Assembly: GCA_044892525.1 (NCBI GenBank)
Contig: CM097885.1
Coordinates: forward strand, 12,340,001-12,404,000
Length of the DNA: 64,000 bases
Reading direction: 5' to 3'
Source: Schmidtea polychroa
Lineage: Eukaryota
Shown here: in pieces, positions 1 through 12,023 of the stretch
Position numbering within the stretch: position 1 is the stretch's first letter
How the letters are laid out: every line of letters begins with the position of its first letter
Notes under the pieces: generated by a model
The model's input: only the letters and a program-made list of their open reading frames with translations
The model's database searches: none
Told to the model about the DNA's origin: nothing
Translations under genes and position numbers: made by a program

Positions 1-848
1 AGGTTTACATAATACATGCCAAATAAACCTTGTAGATTTGGGATAAAATTTTGGATGGTAGCCAATGTTCAAAATGGATATGTACTAAATGGTTTTCCAT
101 ACTTAGGAAAAGATAATTTACGAACACCATTAACACCTTTACATGAATTGGTCGTTCTGAAGCTTGTTGAACCTTTTTAAGGTTGCGGAAGAAGTTTCAT
201 TTCATTGGCAAAAAAGCTATTAACTAAAAAAACAACATTAGTTGGAACTGTAATAAAAAAGAATTACCAAAAATTGCAAAAGTATAAAAAGATAACATGG
301 CTCGATATGAAACCATTACTATTAAAATCTGATAATATATTTCTCACTATTTACAAATCCTAACCTAAGAAAAAAGTATTACTTCGAAGTTCCAAACATA
401 CAACTGTGAAGATTGCCAACAATTATAAACTTTTCCCAGAAACTGTCGAATTCTATAACAAAACTAAGTTCGCTATTGACTAGACGCTATTGACCAAATG
501 GCTCGCAAGTACAGGGTAAAAGCAAGTTCTCGTCGATGATCATTGCAGATTTTCTAAAATATTTTAGATTTACCAGGAAGCGACGCGTGGAGATTATATA
601 AAGATACTACTGACGGAAATATAACTAGTAAACAATTTTTCTACAAATTATCTGAAGAGCTTGGTAATAAATTTACATATAGCAAAAGATCAAAATCTAC
701 TCATCCAGAAAAATGGAAAATTCTAAAGAAAATATGCAGCGGAAATCCTGTTTAATTGGATTCTGCAATAAAACCAAACAAATTCTATTGGTTTTAAATG
801 CACGAAATATATGTGTGGGAAGTGCACAGCAAAAAAGATTAAGGTTAA
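1..848 (+). mobile_element. Degenerate piggyBac (PGBD-like) transposase, C-terminal half
   Basis: Hand translation with stops and frameshifts gives YMPNKPCRFGIKFW, GYVLNGFPYLGK, TTLVGTV, PETVEFYNKTK, DQMARKYRVKASSRR, and a Cys-rich tail (RKSCLIGFCNK...CTKYMCGKC). It ends in AAGG-TTAA at 841-848. Confidence 0.8.
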
Positions 849-1153
849 TTAAAAATTATCTAAGATCGACCATGCAACAAGATAGGTTAGAGGGGGTGGC
901 TATGTTGTCAATAGAGCAGAATGTAACAAAACAGATAAATTTTGATGATATTATCGAGTAATTAGCAGTAAAATACGTTTACGAAATAAGAATAAAAAAT
1001 ATGTTTATGTATTTATATTATTGAATATATTGAAGAAATAAATATTTCATTAAGTAAATTGATAAAATTATGTTCATGTATAATTTTTTCCTTTTTGGGA
1101 AGGGGCCCTGCATATAATAATTCCCAAGCCCTGCAAAACCCACAGTCGGCCCT
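845..1153 (+). mobile_element. hAT transposon 3' remnant (dimerisation-domain tail plus probable terminus)
   Basis: LIKNYLRSTMQQDRLEGVAMLSIEQ...INFDDII is the hAT C-terminal dimerisation motif. It is followed by a GC-rich end ...GTCGGCCCT resembling the reverse of CAGGGCCG-type hAT termini. Confidence 0.7.
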
Positions 1154-3268
1154 TCATAAACCTTTACATATCTATGAAAAGGATTTTAAAATAGCTCTTT
1201 CGATCTTTTTTGTAGGTATTATTGTAAGGACCCGACTCAGACGAGGGAGATGGAACCCATTACCGGACCCGCATGTCTTCAATTTGTTTATGAGTTTAAA
1301 ATTATTGTTAATTTACACAAATAAACAAAATTTTACATATTAGTCATTTAAAAAATATGTAGGAACGAATCTCTACTAATGGCTTACATGACCACCTGAG
1401 AATATGTATATAGGTTTATAGTTAATAAGTACTTTTGCATTTTAAAATTTTATATTTGGTTGTTCAAATAATGGTTCTTATATCCAATTCTTGAATTTCT
1501 TGTCTAAAACCTGTTAGTTGTAGTTAACCCCATAACCCAATATACGTTATCGTGCATATGCACTCCTACTCCCTTAAATAGCAAAAGTGTTTCAATCTCA
1601 CGAATGGAGTTTCTGCGCACTTGGTCAATGATTTATCGCGCACCTGGGAAATGAATTATCGCGCATCTTTAATTTATTAATTTGCAAATGCTATTTTGAC
1701 TAGTCAGAGGTATTTTTTGGTTATTCTTAATATGGAAACCATATTTTGTTCAGACATCCCATATGAAAAAGATGTATTCTTTGTCGACAAACAAGATTAT
1801 ATACAGAAATCAAGAAAATGAAATTTATTACGGAAGGCAGATATATTTTTCTTGGGTTTTCTTTCACCGATATTTCTGTGACCGGCCTTGAAGGACAATA
1901 CAGATATGTGAAAAAGGATTCATTCTTTATCAATACAGGTTAAAACATGTAGATAGAAAACTGCGCAAAAATTGTAATCGAAGACGTCATGAAACCTAAT
2001 AATTTGCTAGAATAAAGCTGAAAACATAAACGAAGCCATAACAAATAACTCATTCATAGTATAATTATTTTAACACTTGTCAATATATAACACTTTCTGA
2101 TTTGTGGTTTCGCATTGGCGATGATATATGCCATAACGATGACATCTTCATAAACTACCGGAGTTTTCTATGCTGGTTAAAACAAACAATATAGGATCGT
2201 ATGGAATGGGGATTTGAAAAATTTACAGTGAATGGGACGTAATGAGCTGAAATAGTGGCGTTACTGTTAAGATTATAATCTAAATTATTAGTAATAATAA
2301 CTTGATATTGAAGCTAAACTATTTTCTTTATAAATAGATAAATTTACAGGTATTGAAGAAAAGCAATGTTTTTGTTTGTACTCATTCTATTGAAGAAGTT
2401 AGATTTGTGGAAGGATTCTTTCTTTATTATAACTCTATTGGTATTTTTCTTTATTATAGAAGGTATATGCAGTGAGTTTGTGCGAGGATTAATTTCAGAA
2501 CGGACGAAGTCAAGTTTCTGATTTTCGAGTGGACGCAATTTACAACGAACAGGAAGAGGTCGTAGTTTCAATGAAATGATGATATGGTGTGAACGAATTG
2601 ACCTTCAGCGGTTTTTCGTTGTTAGAGTATTTCTCTAAATTAGTGATAGCCATCTTAAGATGAACAGTTTTGGTGGACATTTGAATGATGGCTGACAACT
2701 TAGGAAGGTTATGGATGTCTGTATCGGAGAGTAATGTCTGATTTGCATGTGAGTGTGTCCGGAAAAGGCAAGAACGACAATCAACCAACAAATCGTGAGC
2801 TCAAAGTCTGAACCGAGAATCGGATGATTAACGTCTGCGACACAAAACTTCTACACGAAAGATCGATTTAAAGATTGCAATATGATATTGACTGAAAAAG
2901 AGCCGTGTGTATTGACTGTTCAATATTTCTGATTTTTGGATTTTACAATTGTCATTCTATTATTTGAATGCCATTTGATATTTTTCAAATGTTCAAATTG
3001 AATTCACAATTTACAATGATTTCATTAATTTTTCTGTCTCTTGAATTGAAATATACTGTTGTGCAGTTATGTATAGCGCACCGATGCATACAAAGGTATT
3101 AGCATGTTTTATTTGTGCCAAATACTCAATCCACTACGTATTATGGAAATATTAGTAATTAATTAATTTATTGATTTTTTAATAAAGGTTTTATTATAGT
3201 AAAATATTTTCTCTAAACCGTTAATTTTTTTTAAATTAAAATGTTTATTAATTGAAAATTTAATTAAC

Positions 3269-3339
3269 CTCATTTGAGCGTTTGCTTTGCTGATAATGTT
3301 ACGGATATCATCTTGGGCTTGTTTAACTGTATCGATTTC
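3269..3339 (-). CDS. Tektin, next coding exon
   Basis: A 57-bp GT-AG intron (3340-3396) splices in phase 0 to EIDTVKQAQDDIRNIISKANAQM, then a GT donor. I could not find later exons in this window. Confidence 0.8.
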
Positions 3340-3396
3340 CTAAACAGTATTTTATTATATTTTCGAATAAAGATTATCATTTATATATTTTCATAC

Positions 3397-4119
3397 TCCA
3401 ATTAGTGACTTTTCAACATTGTCGTGGACCAGATCAATTCCTTGCCGTTTTTCTCTCGTATAAAGACATTCTTCTCCAATATGTAATTGGTTTTCTGTTT
3501 CTCCTAACATCTTTTCAGCAACTCTTTTCATTTCATTCAAATTATTGTTTTCTGTGATCATTTTATCGATCTCATCGTCCAGTTCCGTTTTCCAGAAATT
3601 TGTGTCACTCAATCTATCACCAATTTTCTTTCCAACATCTTCTTGGGCTCGCTTTGTTTGGTCGTCTGTTTCTCTTCCTAACCTATTCGTGTCAAATCTT
3701 ATCCTCTCACCATAGTCTCGAACCCGATCAGCAGACTGAAATGTTTTCATAGCTGCTGTCATCCAATCTTTAGGCGTGTACCGAGTATAAAGAGCATTTC
3801 TTGCTGCTGAAAATACCGGAGGTACTTTTAAACCTTCCAATTCTCCTAATGCTGTTTTTCCACAAAGAGGAGCAGTTTGGCTGTTTAGGAGAGAAATGCT
3901 AGGACTTATGTGAGAACTTTTATAAAACGTTGCCGCATTCCAAGGTAAAGTTGTTAATGAACGTTTTAACTGGCTTGGTACACCGTGAGAAAAATCACTA
4001 TTCACATTTTTCGTAAAACATGGAGTTAAGGAACCTATATTCGGTAACTTGGACTCGTTGAAAGGAGGCCTAGGTCCCGTCATATATGTCGCTGTTTGAC
4101 TGTATCCTTGATAATTCAT
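3397..4119 (-). CDS. Tektin (tektin-3/5-like), first coding exon
   Basis: ARNALYTRYTPKDW...RLSDTNFWKTEL...ECLYTREKRQGIDLVHDNVEKSL is the tektin N-terminal signature. The ATG at 4119 follows an acceptor-like TTTTAG; a GT donor follows 3397. Confidence 0.9.
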
Positions 4120-7009
4120 GTCTAAAAATTTATTGTATATAAAACTGAATAACAATTATTCAATTATAATTAAAAAAATTAAAAAGCAAACGAAAATATA
4201 AATTTAATTTAAAAATAGATATCTGATTAATATAAACAAATTCGCTTTAAATAATTTTAATTTTAATTAATTTTTAAAGTATTTGTAGTATTTTTTGAAA
4301 AATAAATTTTTGCATTCATAAAGTGAAGTAATAAATGTTTTTTTGGTAAAATTTTTATAAATCTTTTAAATTTATCTCAAAATTTGAAATTTAATTAAAA
4401 TATAAATTAAATTGAAAATTATAGTAAACTTTAAATTTAAAAGTTGTTCCGAAATAAAAAGTTTATAATATAAAATTCCAGGAACAATTAAGAAAAGTAT
4501 CCCAATAAAACCAAAAATGGTCACTTTTTGTTCAATATTTACAAAAAAACATAAAATTTTTATTTGTTTTCAGCACCTCCTTAGATCTTTCGGAACTGAT
4601 ATTTTCTGTCGATGAAGATGAAAAGTATAATAATTCTTTTTAGTTTTAACATAAAATAAAATATCTCGACTTAAATATGTTCTGATCACTCCAATACAAA
4701 ATTTAACAAGTCTTTCTTTCTCTGCTTTCTACCTGGTTGCATCCTTCTTCTCACATAAAATGTTTTAAAAAACAAATTAACACATTTTGTTTAGAATAAA
4801 CACGTTGGATTTGTGCATCTGGACCAATTAATATTTAAAAAATAATAATTTTTTAATGATGAGTCATCGGATTAGTTTCATCGGATTTGTTTCAATGACC
4901 TTGTTGAATCAATGAATGAGTCATTCTCTTTGTTTAAAATTTGATTTAAAAAAAAAATTTCTAACGGGGGTGGAGGTAGGTGGTCCAGCGGTGACCTAGT
5001 CTGGCCGTGACCAATCCATCTACTAGTAATAATTTATTATTTTGTTGCAATATTTTTATTCTTTTATTACAATTTGATTATTTATAAATAACATTGTTGA
5101 AATTTATTGAAATATGTAATTACTTTGTTGTAATTTAATTAAAAATTTTACAATTTGTTGTAATATTTCATTTTTATTTCCAATATGTTGTGAACTCAGG
5201 AAGACTACTTACTGATACACATTAGCAAATTTATCAAATTGTCAATTAAATCAGAAATATTTTCATTGGTTTTGCCAAATCTATCACGTAGTTTTTTCCA
5301 AATAAAGTAGACAATTATCATAACATTCTTCTCTGTTCGTATCCTTGGCTGCACCGCCCAAAATGTCATCAAGATAATAATGGCATAAGTCACAAAAGTC
5401 ACTGGCCAACGTTGAATTGCAATCAAATGATATAAAGTTGATAATAATGATGTGTATTCTGCTATTTGGAAAATTATGTCTGCTAGACTTTCACAACTAT
5501 TTTAATAAATGTTGTTGTATTTAATGTATTTAATAAATATATTTAGTCATATTTATTTTCACTTTATTAACAAAGAAATTGCAACATTATTGCAAAAGAC
5601 ATGCAAAGTTTAAAAAAGAAAATCTATAAACAAACTTACAATATAATTTTAAAGTATTAATAATGAAGTTAGAAAAAGTTTAATATGATTAATTAATTAC
5701 CGAATTATTTATAGTTTAATCAACATTTTGTTGGCAAAATTAGCAGAAATAGATAGTGTAAAAGTGGAGGACATATTATCGGTTTCAAATGCATTAAATA
5801 TAGGCTAGGTAGCTGAGAGTGAAGATTCAGTAATCTTGGCCTGTACGAAACACAAAGCACAGAAAATTTTACCCAGCTTTGCCATGGCTGTCATTAAAGT
5901 TCAAAATTATACAAATTTCTGGTACACAAACTAACATAAGCATTTGAACCTCAATCATTAATGGTTGATAGTAAGGTCATTTCGCTCCCTCGATGCTTCC
6001 CACCAACCCCCAAGCAATCCTACATCACCGAAATGAAAATTTTTGTTATGCAAACCCACTTCTATAAAAACATTTGCTTCAAAATCTGTGTCTTTCTTGA
6101 CCCTTAAACCCCGTTTTACACTGTACAACGATGATTCACTAGTTTTATTTTGTATTGACTAAGTGGGGTGTTTATATTGACTTTATATTGACTAGGATGT
6201 ACGATGATCAGTGTTGTTGGTAACTACGAAAATGTTGAATTTAACCCAACCGTGGTAAAATATCCACTACATCAACTCTATTATCGTACATTTTGACTGT
6301 TGTTCTTCAAATCGGATGGTCAGTTCCTGTGAGTTTTCTCATTAGTTGATGCTATTTCCCACTCCAAACCTTTGCACAGGGATACGCTCTTTTTCCCTGT
6401 TTCGAAAGTTTTTTTTAAGATCCTTATAATAATAAATGTTGTTCAATGTTAGTGTTTAGAATTTTAGGCAGATATCTACCCTTATTTTCTCGTTTTGAAA
6501 TTTTGATTTTAAGTTTCCTATAATAATGCGAACCAGAGAGGTTTATTTTATTTATCAAGAAATAGCAATTGAACAGGAAAGCTAAAGCAAATGGACTAGA
6601 CCGTGGTAAGCGAGGTTTAGAGGAATACCTATTTATTTGTAGAGTGAAACCAGTAGTAAGCTTTAATTGATTTGATAAATAAGGATAGATATAATAAAAA
6701 TCGATATAGTTACTGATTCAGTCTTCAAGCTTATTAGTAAATACAATGGAAAAGAAATCAGTGGTGAAATTGGAAAAAGAAAGTTCTCATAATTATCAAT
6801 AGGTTTATAATTTTCGACTTTTAGATTTTAGAAATCGGTTGAAACGAGAAAATAAGTACTGAACAAAAGGCTGGATAATGAAAACCCGATGAACTTGGAG
6901 GATCATTTAATTTTAGAAGCAGCTAACAAATTTAATTAGATTTGATTGTTTTCCTTTATAAAAATAAAAATTATTAATTCACGAATCTTGAATTTTTTAT
7001 AGTTATTTG

Positions 7010-7302
7010 TGTAAGGAGTTAGTAAATCTCTATTAAAATTATTATGGTTAAATGGTAGGAGTGAGATCAGTTAGTAGAAATAATTATTTCTGTTAAATTT
7101 GTATATTTAAATTCTATATTAAATTATATCATATTATATTAAATTATATTAAATTAAATCAATTAAATGTATGACCGGTAATTACATTAATATTAATAAT
7201 TATCACGCCTCGGTGTTTAAATATTCTAGTAAACGGCTCAATTTTTGAAGTTGTTATAAAAATAAATGCTTGAAGAAGACTTGAATTTAATTGCGTCTAA
7301 CA
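7010..7302 (+). repeat. 5' LTR
   Basis: TGTAAGGAG...GTCTAACA. I see one substitution relative to the 3' LTR. Confidence 0.95.
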
Positions 7303-8342
7303 TGGCGACCACGACCACGGATTTATTGATAAGCAGACTATTACCTGAGAAATTTCACAAAGGCAATGATTTAGAAAATTTTATCAAGGATTGTCAAAGG
7401 TTTTTTGGCGCGACAAAAACAACAATTAGGATGCAAGTAATATTAACTACAACATTACTTGACAGATCGCTAATGGAAGATTATGAAGCAGCCGAAGGAA
7501 AAACTATGGAAGAGAAACTTCGATATGCATTTTCAAAACCGACATCATTAATGGATGATCTAAAAGAAGCTTTGAGTTATGAACAAGGATCAGATTCAGC
7601 CGAAACTTTTATAGAGAAAATTAAAAAGATGACAAAGAAATTAATAGCGCACAAATGGGATGAAAAAGAAATAGAAAAATGCCTGCTTACAAACTGTGTA
7701 AGAGATCGAGAAGTTAAAAAAGAGATCGAGATGAAAGATTTGAAAACATCAGAAGAAATAAAAGCGACAATAAAGAAATTAGAAAAGGTAAACAAAATTA
7801 TGGGCCATATTAATGTTGTGAAGACTTCACCGGTTGTTCAAAACTACAGAAGCTACAGAGATGTTGCTCAAAGAGGAATGGTAAACGGAAATAATAATTT
7901 CAAGCAGCGAAACGTCAGTAACCGACAATTGGAATGCTGGACATGCAAGAAAACTGGTCATGTGAGTCGAGAATGCCAAATGAAAAAGAAAATGACGTGT
8001 TTTGCATGCGGAGTTGAAGGCCACGTACGGCGAGAATGTTCAACGATTCAATGCCAGAGATGTCACTTACGTGGACATAAGGAGATTGACTGCTATACAA
8101 ATTTGGAAAGAAGGAAGTTTCAAACTAATTCAAACATGAGAAACAATAATTATTATGCCCATCGAACCACAAGCTATCAACAAAAGATCAACAATCCAGG
8201 AAGAACAATTGCAGCAATTGAACCTAATGATGAGACGATGCCACTTGAGTATTCAGATGATGCAGAAGACAAATATGAGGATATTCAGCACCCAAAAGTA
8301 CATGCTTCGACACGGGAGGCAATGATCGGAGCAATATACTAG
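7266..8342 (+). CDS. gag: Gag with three CCHC zinc knuckles
   Basis: CWTCKKTGHVSREC, CFACGVEGHVRREC and CQRCHLRGHKEIDC. Alternative start at ATG 7302. Confidence 0.92.
   Translation: MLEEDLNLIASNMATTTTDLLISRLLPEKFHKGNDLENFIKDCQRFFGATKTTIRMQVILTTTLLDRSLMEDYEAAEGKTMEEKLRYAFSKPTSLMDDLKEALSYEQGSDSAETFIEKIKKMTKKLIAHKWDEKEIEKCLLTNCVRDREVKKEIEMKDLKTSEEIKATIKKLEKVNKIMGHINVVKTSPVVQNYRSYRDVAQRGMVNGNNNFKQRNVSNRQLECWTCKKTGHVSRECQMKKKMTCFACGVEGHVRRECSTIQCQRCHLRGHKEIDCYTNLERRKFQTNSNMRNNNYYAHRTTSYQQKINNPGRTIAAIEPNDETMPLEYSDDAEDKYEDIQHPKVHASTREAMIGAIY
7303..7314 (+). promoter_or_regulatory. Primer-binding site (probably tRNA-Arg)
   Basis: TGGCGACCACGA directly after the LTR; complementary to a ...TCGTGGTCG-CCA 3' end as in metazoan tRNA-Arg(TCG). 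Confidence 0.7.
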
Positions 8343-11065
8343 GTAATTTTGATATTGATGTAAATATTGGTCATAATAATTTTAATAATGTAAATAATCC
8401 TCATATATATAATAATGTAGAACCTTTATGTAATAAAATTTGTAATTTTAAAAAGTTTCCTTTAAATAATTTTAAATGTTATAGTTATTTTAATGCTGAT
8501 CGATCTTTAATAAATAATAATAATAATCCTAAGAATCAAGAAGAGTATAGTAAAATTAAAGAAGCAGAATATAATAATAAAATAGTAAATGAAAAAGTTT
8601 ATAAATTTATTAAGAAGGCAGAAGATAAATTAGAGAGAAAGGAAATTGGGTGGATTAATGAAATATCAGAGGAGCAAAATATTTTCACTAAAGATGAATG
8701 GAAACGACCGAAATTGAGTTATGACAAAATGCAAGGTAGACCGAGTACAACTCTTGAAATTCAGGGGTATAGAATGGAATGCTTACTAGATACAGGAGCA
8801 AGAGTAAATGTAATGGCAGAAGCAGTTGTGGAAAAATTAGTGAATGTGAAAATCATAAAAACAGATGAGATGTTAAGATGTGCAAATGATAGTAAATTAG
8901 AGACAATCGGAAAAATATATATTGATGTTAGAATTGGTAATATGGAAAGAAAAATAACATTTATAATAGTTAAAAATATTGTTCCAGATATAATAGGCGG
9001 AGTGGAATTGCAGAAAGAGTTTGGAATTGAATTAAACTACATCAAGCAAAATGAAGAAGGATATAATGAATTTGTGTGTGAAATAGAAGCTAGATTTGGG
9101 GAAAAGATTACAGATAACGAGAGATGTCAAAAAGCAATAGAAATTCTAAGATTAAACGAAAATAAAAGACTGTTAGAGATTGTTAAAAACAATAAAAGTG
9201 TTTTTATGGCTAATAACTGGGATATCGGATGTACTGATTTAATTGCACATAAAATCATCACAAAAGAAGGGCCAATTATGATAAAACCCAGAAGGCAACC
9301 CATCAATTTAGAGGAGAAAATAAATGCTGCTATAAAAAATTTAGAAAATAATGATATCATAAGAAGATGTAATTCACCTTGGAATACGCCGTTAGTATGC
9401 GTGTGGAAAAAAGACAAAAAAGATATCAGACTTTGTTTAGATTTTAGACAGCTTAATAAGATTACTGGAAGACAAGCTTTTCCTATGCCGAATGTAGAAG
9501 AAATTCTAGATACATTACATGGATCTAAGTACTATAGTTCTATAGACCTTGGGAACGCTTATTATCAGGTGAAATTGGACATAGAATCGCAAGAAAAGAC
9601 AGCATTTTCTACTAAAGAAGGGCAATTTTGTTTTAATAGAATGCCTTTTGGCATTGCGGCGGCACCGGGTACATTCCAAGAATTAATGACAAAAATATTG
9701 AAAGATCTATGGAAAGAAGGAGTTATGGTGTATTTAGACGATATTTTAATTTTTACAAGAACAATTGAAGAACATTACAATGTGTTTGGAAAAGTTCTAG
9801 AGAAATTAAGGGAAGCTAAATTGAGAATCAACCCAGAAAAATGTCAGTTATTAAAGAGCGAAGTAAAGTTTTTAGGGCACATTATTAACAGTCAGGGGAT
9901 TCGGACAGATCAAAGTAAAATTGAGGCTATTAAATCATTTCAGAGGCCTAATTGTATAAAGAATTTGAGAAGCTTTTTAGGTATATGTAACTATTATCGG
10001 AGATTTATTAAGGAATATGCAACAAAATCAAAAGCGCTAGAAAGCATATGTGGAAGCAATAGTGAAAAAATAATCTGGACTGAGGAATGTGAGAAAGCTT
10101 TCGAAGAAATGAAAATGGCGTTGACTACAGCGCCAATTCTCGTATTTCCAGATTTCAAGAAAGAATTCATATTAGATACAGACGCAAGCTTTGATACAAT
10201 TGGAGCTGTATTATCACAAAGAGATGAAATGGGCCATGAACACGTTATTGCATATGGATCCCATGCAATGAGTAGCCATGAAAGAGGATATTGTATAACA
10301 CGAAAAGAGCTTTTGGCTATATATTATTTCTGTTGCCATTTCAACCATTATTTATACGGTAAACGGTTTGTTTTGCGCACTGATCATAAAGCAATAACTT
10401 TTATGTTAACGACAAAGAAGCCGATAACAGCACAGTTCCAAACGTGGATAAATTACTTGAGCAGTTTAGACATAAAAATGGAGTTCAGAAAAGGTACGGC
10501 GCATACGAATGCAGATATGCTGTCTAGAAACACATGCGGCAAATGTGTACAATGTTTGATGGACCATGATAACCCCAAATCAGGGCGATTAAAAACTAGA
10601 TTGTTAACATTGATGACCGAAAATAATGGAAATGAATGGCAAAGAGATAATGCAGAAATACAAGATATAAAAGATCAAATACATGAAAGGAAAAATAATA
10701 AATATATGTTAAAAGGAAATATTATCTATACCAATCAAAACAAAATATGGATACCAGAAACAAAAAGACGAGAAATGATTAAGGAAACACATTTATTATT
10801 ATGCCACGCAGGAGTAGAAAAAGTTATGAAATATATTAGGAACAATTTTGATATGGAAGATTTGCTAAATGAAGTAAAAGAGACTATTTCAATATGTGAA
10901 GCATGCCAGAAAAACAAAGTTTTAACTACAAAGTCAAAAGAAAAAAACCCAAGTAATTCAAGCTTCAGAACCTATGGAGAAAATATACATGGATATTTGC
11001 GGTCCATTAAGAGAAACCTTCAGAGGAGAAAAATATATTTGTGCAATAATCGATCATTACAGTAA
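8279..11065 (+). CDS. pol: Pol: aspartic protease, reverse transcriptase, RNase H, integrase zinc finger
   Basis: LLDTGA protease, YLDD RT, DTDAS RNase H and H...H...CEAC. The reading frame is open from 8279, well upstream of the track's TTG start at 8714. Confidence 0.93.
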   Translation, partial: GYSAPKSTCFDTGGNDRSNILGNFDIDVNIGHNNFNNVNNPHIYNNVEPLCNKICNFKKFPLNNFKCYSYFNADRSLINNNNNPKNQEEYSKIKEAEYNNKIVNEKVYKFIKKAEDKLERKEIGWINEISEEQNIFTKDEWKRPKLSYDKMQGRPSTTLEIQGYRMECLLDTGARVNVMAEAVVEKLVNVKIIKTDEMLRCANDSKLETIGKIYIDVRIGNMERKITFIIVKNIVPDIIGGVELQKEFGIELNYIKQNEEGYNEFVCEIEARFGEKITDNERCQKAIEILRLNENKRLLEIVKNNKSVFMANNWDIGCTDLIAHKIITKEGPIMIKPRRQPINLEEKINAAIKNLENNDIIRRCNSPWNTPLVCVWKKDKKDIRLCLDFRQLNKITGRQAFPMPNVEEILDTLHGSKYYSSIDLGNAYYQVKLDIESQEKTAFSTKEGQFCFNRMPFGIAAAPGTFQELMTKILKDLWKEGVMVYLDDILIFTRTIEEHYNVFGKVLEKLREAKLRINPEKCQLLKSEVKFLGHIINSQGIRTDQSKIEAIKSFQRPNCIKNLRSFLGICNYYRRFIKEYATKSKALESICGSNSEKIIWTEECEKAFEEMKMALTTAPILVFPDFKKEFILDTDASFDTIGAVLSQRDEMGHEHVIAYGSHAMSSHERGYCITRKELLAIYYFCCHFNHYLYGKRFVLRTDHKAITFMLTTKKPITAQFQTWINYLSSLDIKMEFRKGTAHTNADMLSRNTCGKCVQCLMDHDNPKSGRLKTRLLTLMTENNGNEWQRDNAEIQDIKDQIHERKNNKYMLKGNIIYTNQNKIWIPETKRREMIKETHLLLCHAGVEKVMKYIRNNFDMEDLLNEVKETISICEACQKNKVLTTKSKEKNPSNSSFRTYGENIHGYLRSIKRNLQRRKIYLCNNRSLQ
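8291..8332 (+). promoter_or_regulatory. Probable -1 ribosomal frameshift signal between gag and pol
   Basis: Heptamer C CCA AAA in the gag frame, followed after 5 nt by TGCTTC...GAGGCA or GCTTCGA...TCGGAGC stems. The -1 frame is open from 8279 into pol. Confidence 0.75.
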
Positions 11066-11735
11066 ATACATATCTCTAACTCCTATTAGAAAGCAAGATG
11101 AAAATACAATAAAGGCAGTTTTGTTAAATAATTGGATATTGAAATTTGGAGCCCCTAAGGAACTACATGTTGATTGTGGAAAAAATTTCGAAGCAAATAG
11201 CATTAAAGAACTAGCAAAGGCAGCAGGAATTGAGTTGATATTTTCGAGTCCGTATCATCATAATACTAATGGTGTAATTGAAAGACAATTTCGTACTATA
11301 AGAGACTATATTAACGCGTCACTCAGAGAAGGAGTTAAAAAAAGCTGGGCAGAATTAATACCTGATATAGAATACGTTTTAAATGCGACAGCTCAAAAAA
11401 CTACTGGAGTGAGTCCAGCAGAAATTATATTTGGAAGAAAGATTAATAGATCTCAATGGCATAGTAATAATGAAGTGAATAGAAATGAAATCATGCGGAA
11501 ATTAGAGGCTAAAAGACAGCAAGCGAAAGAAATTGGCACAACTAGGCACTTAGAAGTGGGGGACAAAGTATTGGTGAAACAAGAAATTAGAAACAAAGAT
11601 CACGAGAGATATGAAGGACCATACACAGTAATAAAACGAAATCATGAAAGAAGTTATTTATTAACAGACGAAAACGGGAGAAAAATAACGAGGAATATAG
11701 AAAAGTTAAAGCATTTTAAAGAAGGGGGGATGTAA
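10974..11735 (+). CDS. Integrase core and C-terminus (frameshifted from pol at the A-run 10941-10947)
   Basis: YMDICGP, IIDHYSKY, HVDCGKNF and NGVIERQFRT. Removing one A restores KSKEKTQVIQASEPMEK. The stop lies inside the 3' LTR. Confidence 0.9.
   Translation: MEKIYMDICGPLRETFRGEKYICAIIDHYSKYISLTPIRKQDENTIKAVLLNNWILKFGAPKELHVDCGKNFEANSIKELAKAAGIELIFSSPYHHNTNGVIERQFRTIRDYINASLREGVKKSWAELIPDIEYVLNATAQKTTGVSPAEIIFGRKINRSQWHSNNEVNRNEIMRKLEAKRQQAKEIGTTRHLEVGDKVLVKQEIRNKDHERYEGPYTVIKRNHERSYLLTDENGRKITRNIEKLKHFKEGGM
11718..11730 (+). promoter_or_regulatory. Polypurine tract
   Basis: AAAGAAGGGGGGA abuts the 3' LTR. Confidence 0.9.
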
Positions 11736-12023
11736 GGAGTTAGTAAATCTCTATTAAAATTATTATGGTTAAATGGTAGAAGTGAGATCAGTTAGTAGAA
11801 ATAATTATTTCTGTTAAATTTGTATATTTAAATTCTATATTAAATTATATCATATTATATTAAATTATATTAAATTAAATCAATTAAATGTATGACCGGT
11901 AATTACATTAATATTAATAATTATCACGCCTCGGTGTTTAAATATTCTAGTAAACGGCTCAATTTTTGAAGTTGTTATAAAAATAAATGCTTGAAGAAGA
12001 CTTGAATTTAATTGCGTCTAACA
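11731..12023 (+). repeat. 3' LTR
   Basis: Direct repeat of 7010-7302. Confidence 0.95.

Larger units (their letters stand above)
7010..12023 (+). mobile_element. Full-length Ty3/Gypsy LTR retrotransposon
   Basis: Two 293-bp TG...CA LTRs, 5-bp TSD ATTTG (7005-7009 and 12024-12028), PBS, PPT, and domain order gag, PR-RT-RH-IN. Confidence 0.97.

Noticed and set aside
2344..2900. Further tektin exons
   Set aside because: No frame gave tektin-like sequence; the region remains unexplained.
4960..5030. Helitron 3' end (imperfect hairpin followed by CTAGT)
   Set aside because: The hairpin is weak and no 5' end or Rep/Hel sequence was found.
7577..10917. Minus-strand ORFs inside the Gypsy element
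   Set aside because: Antisense shadows of gag and pol.
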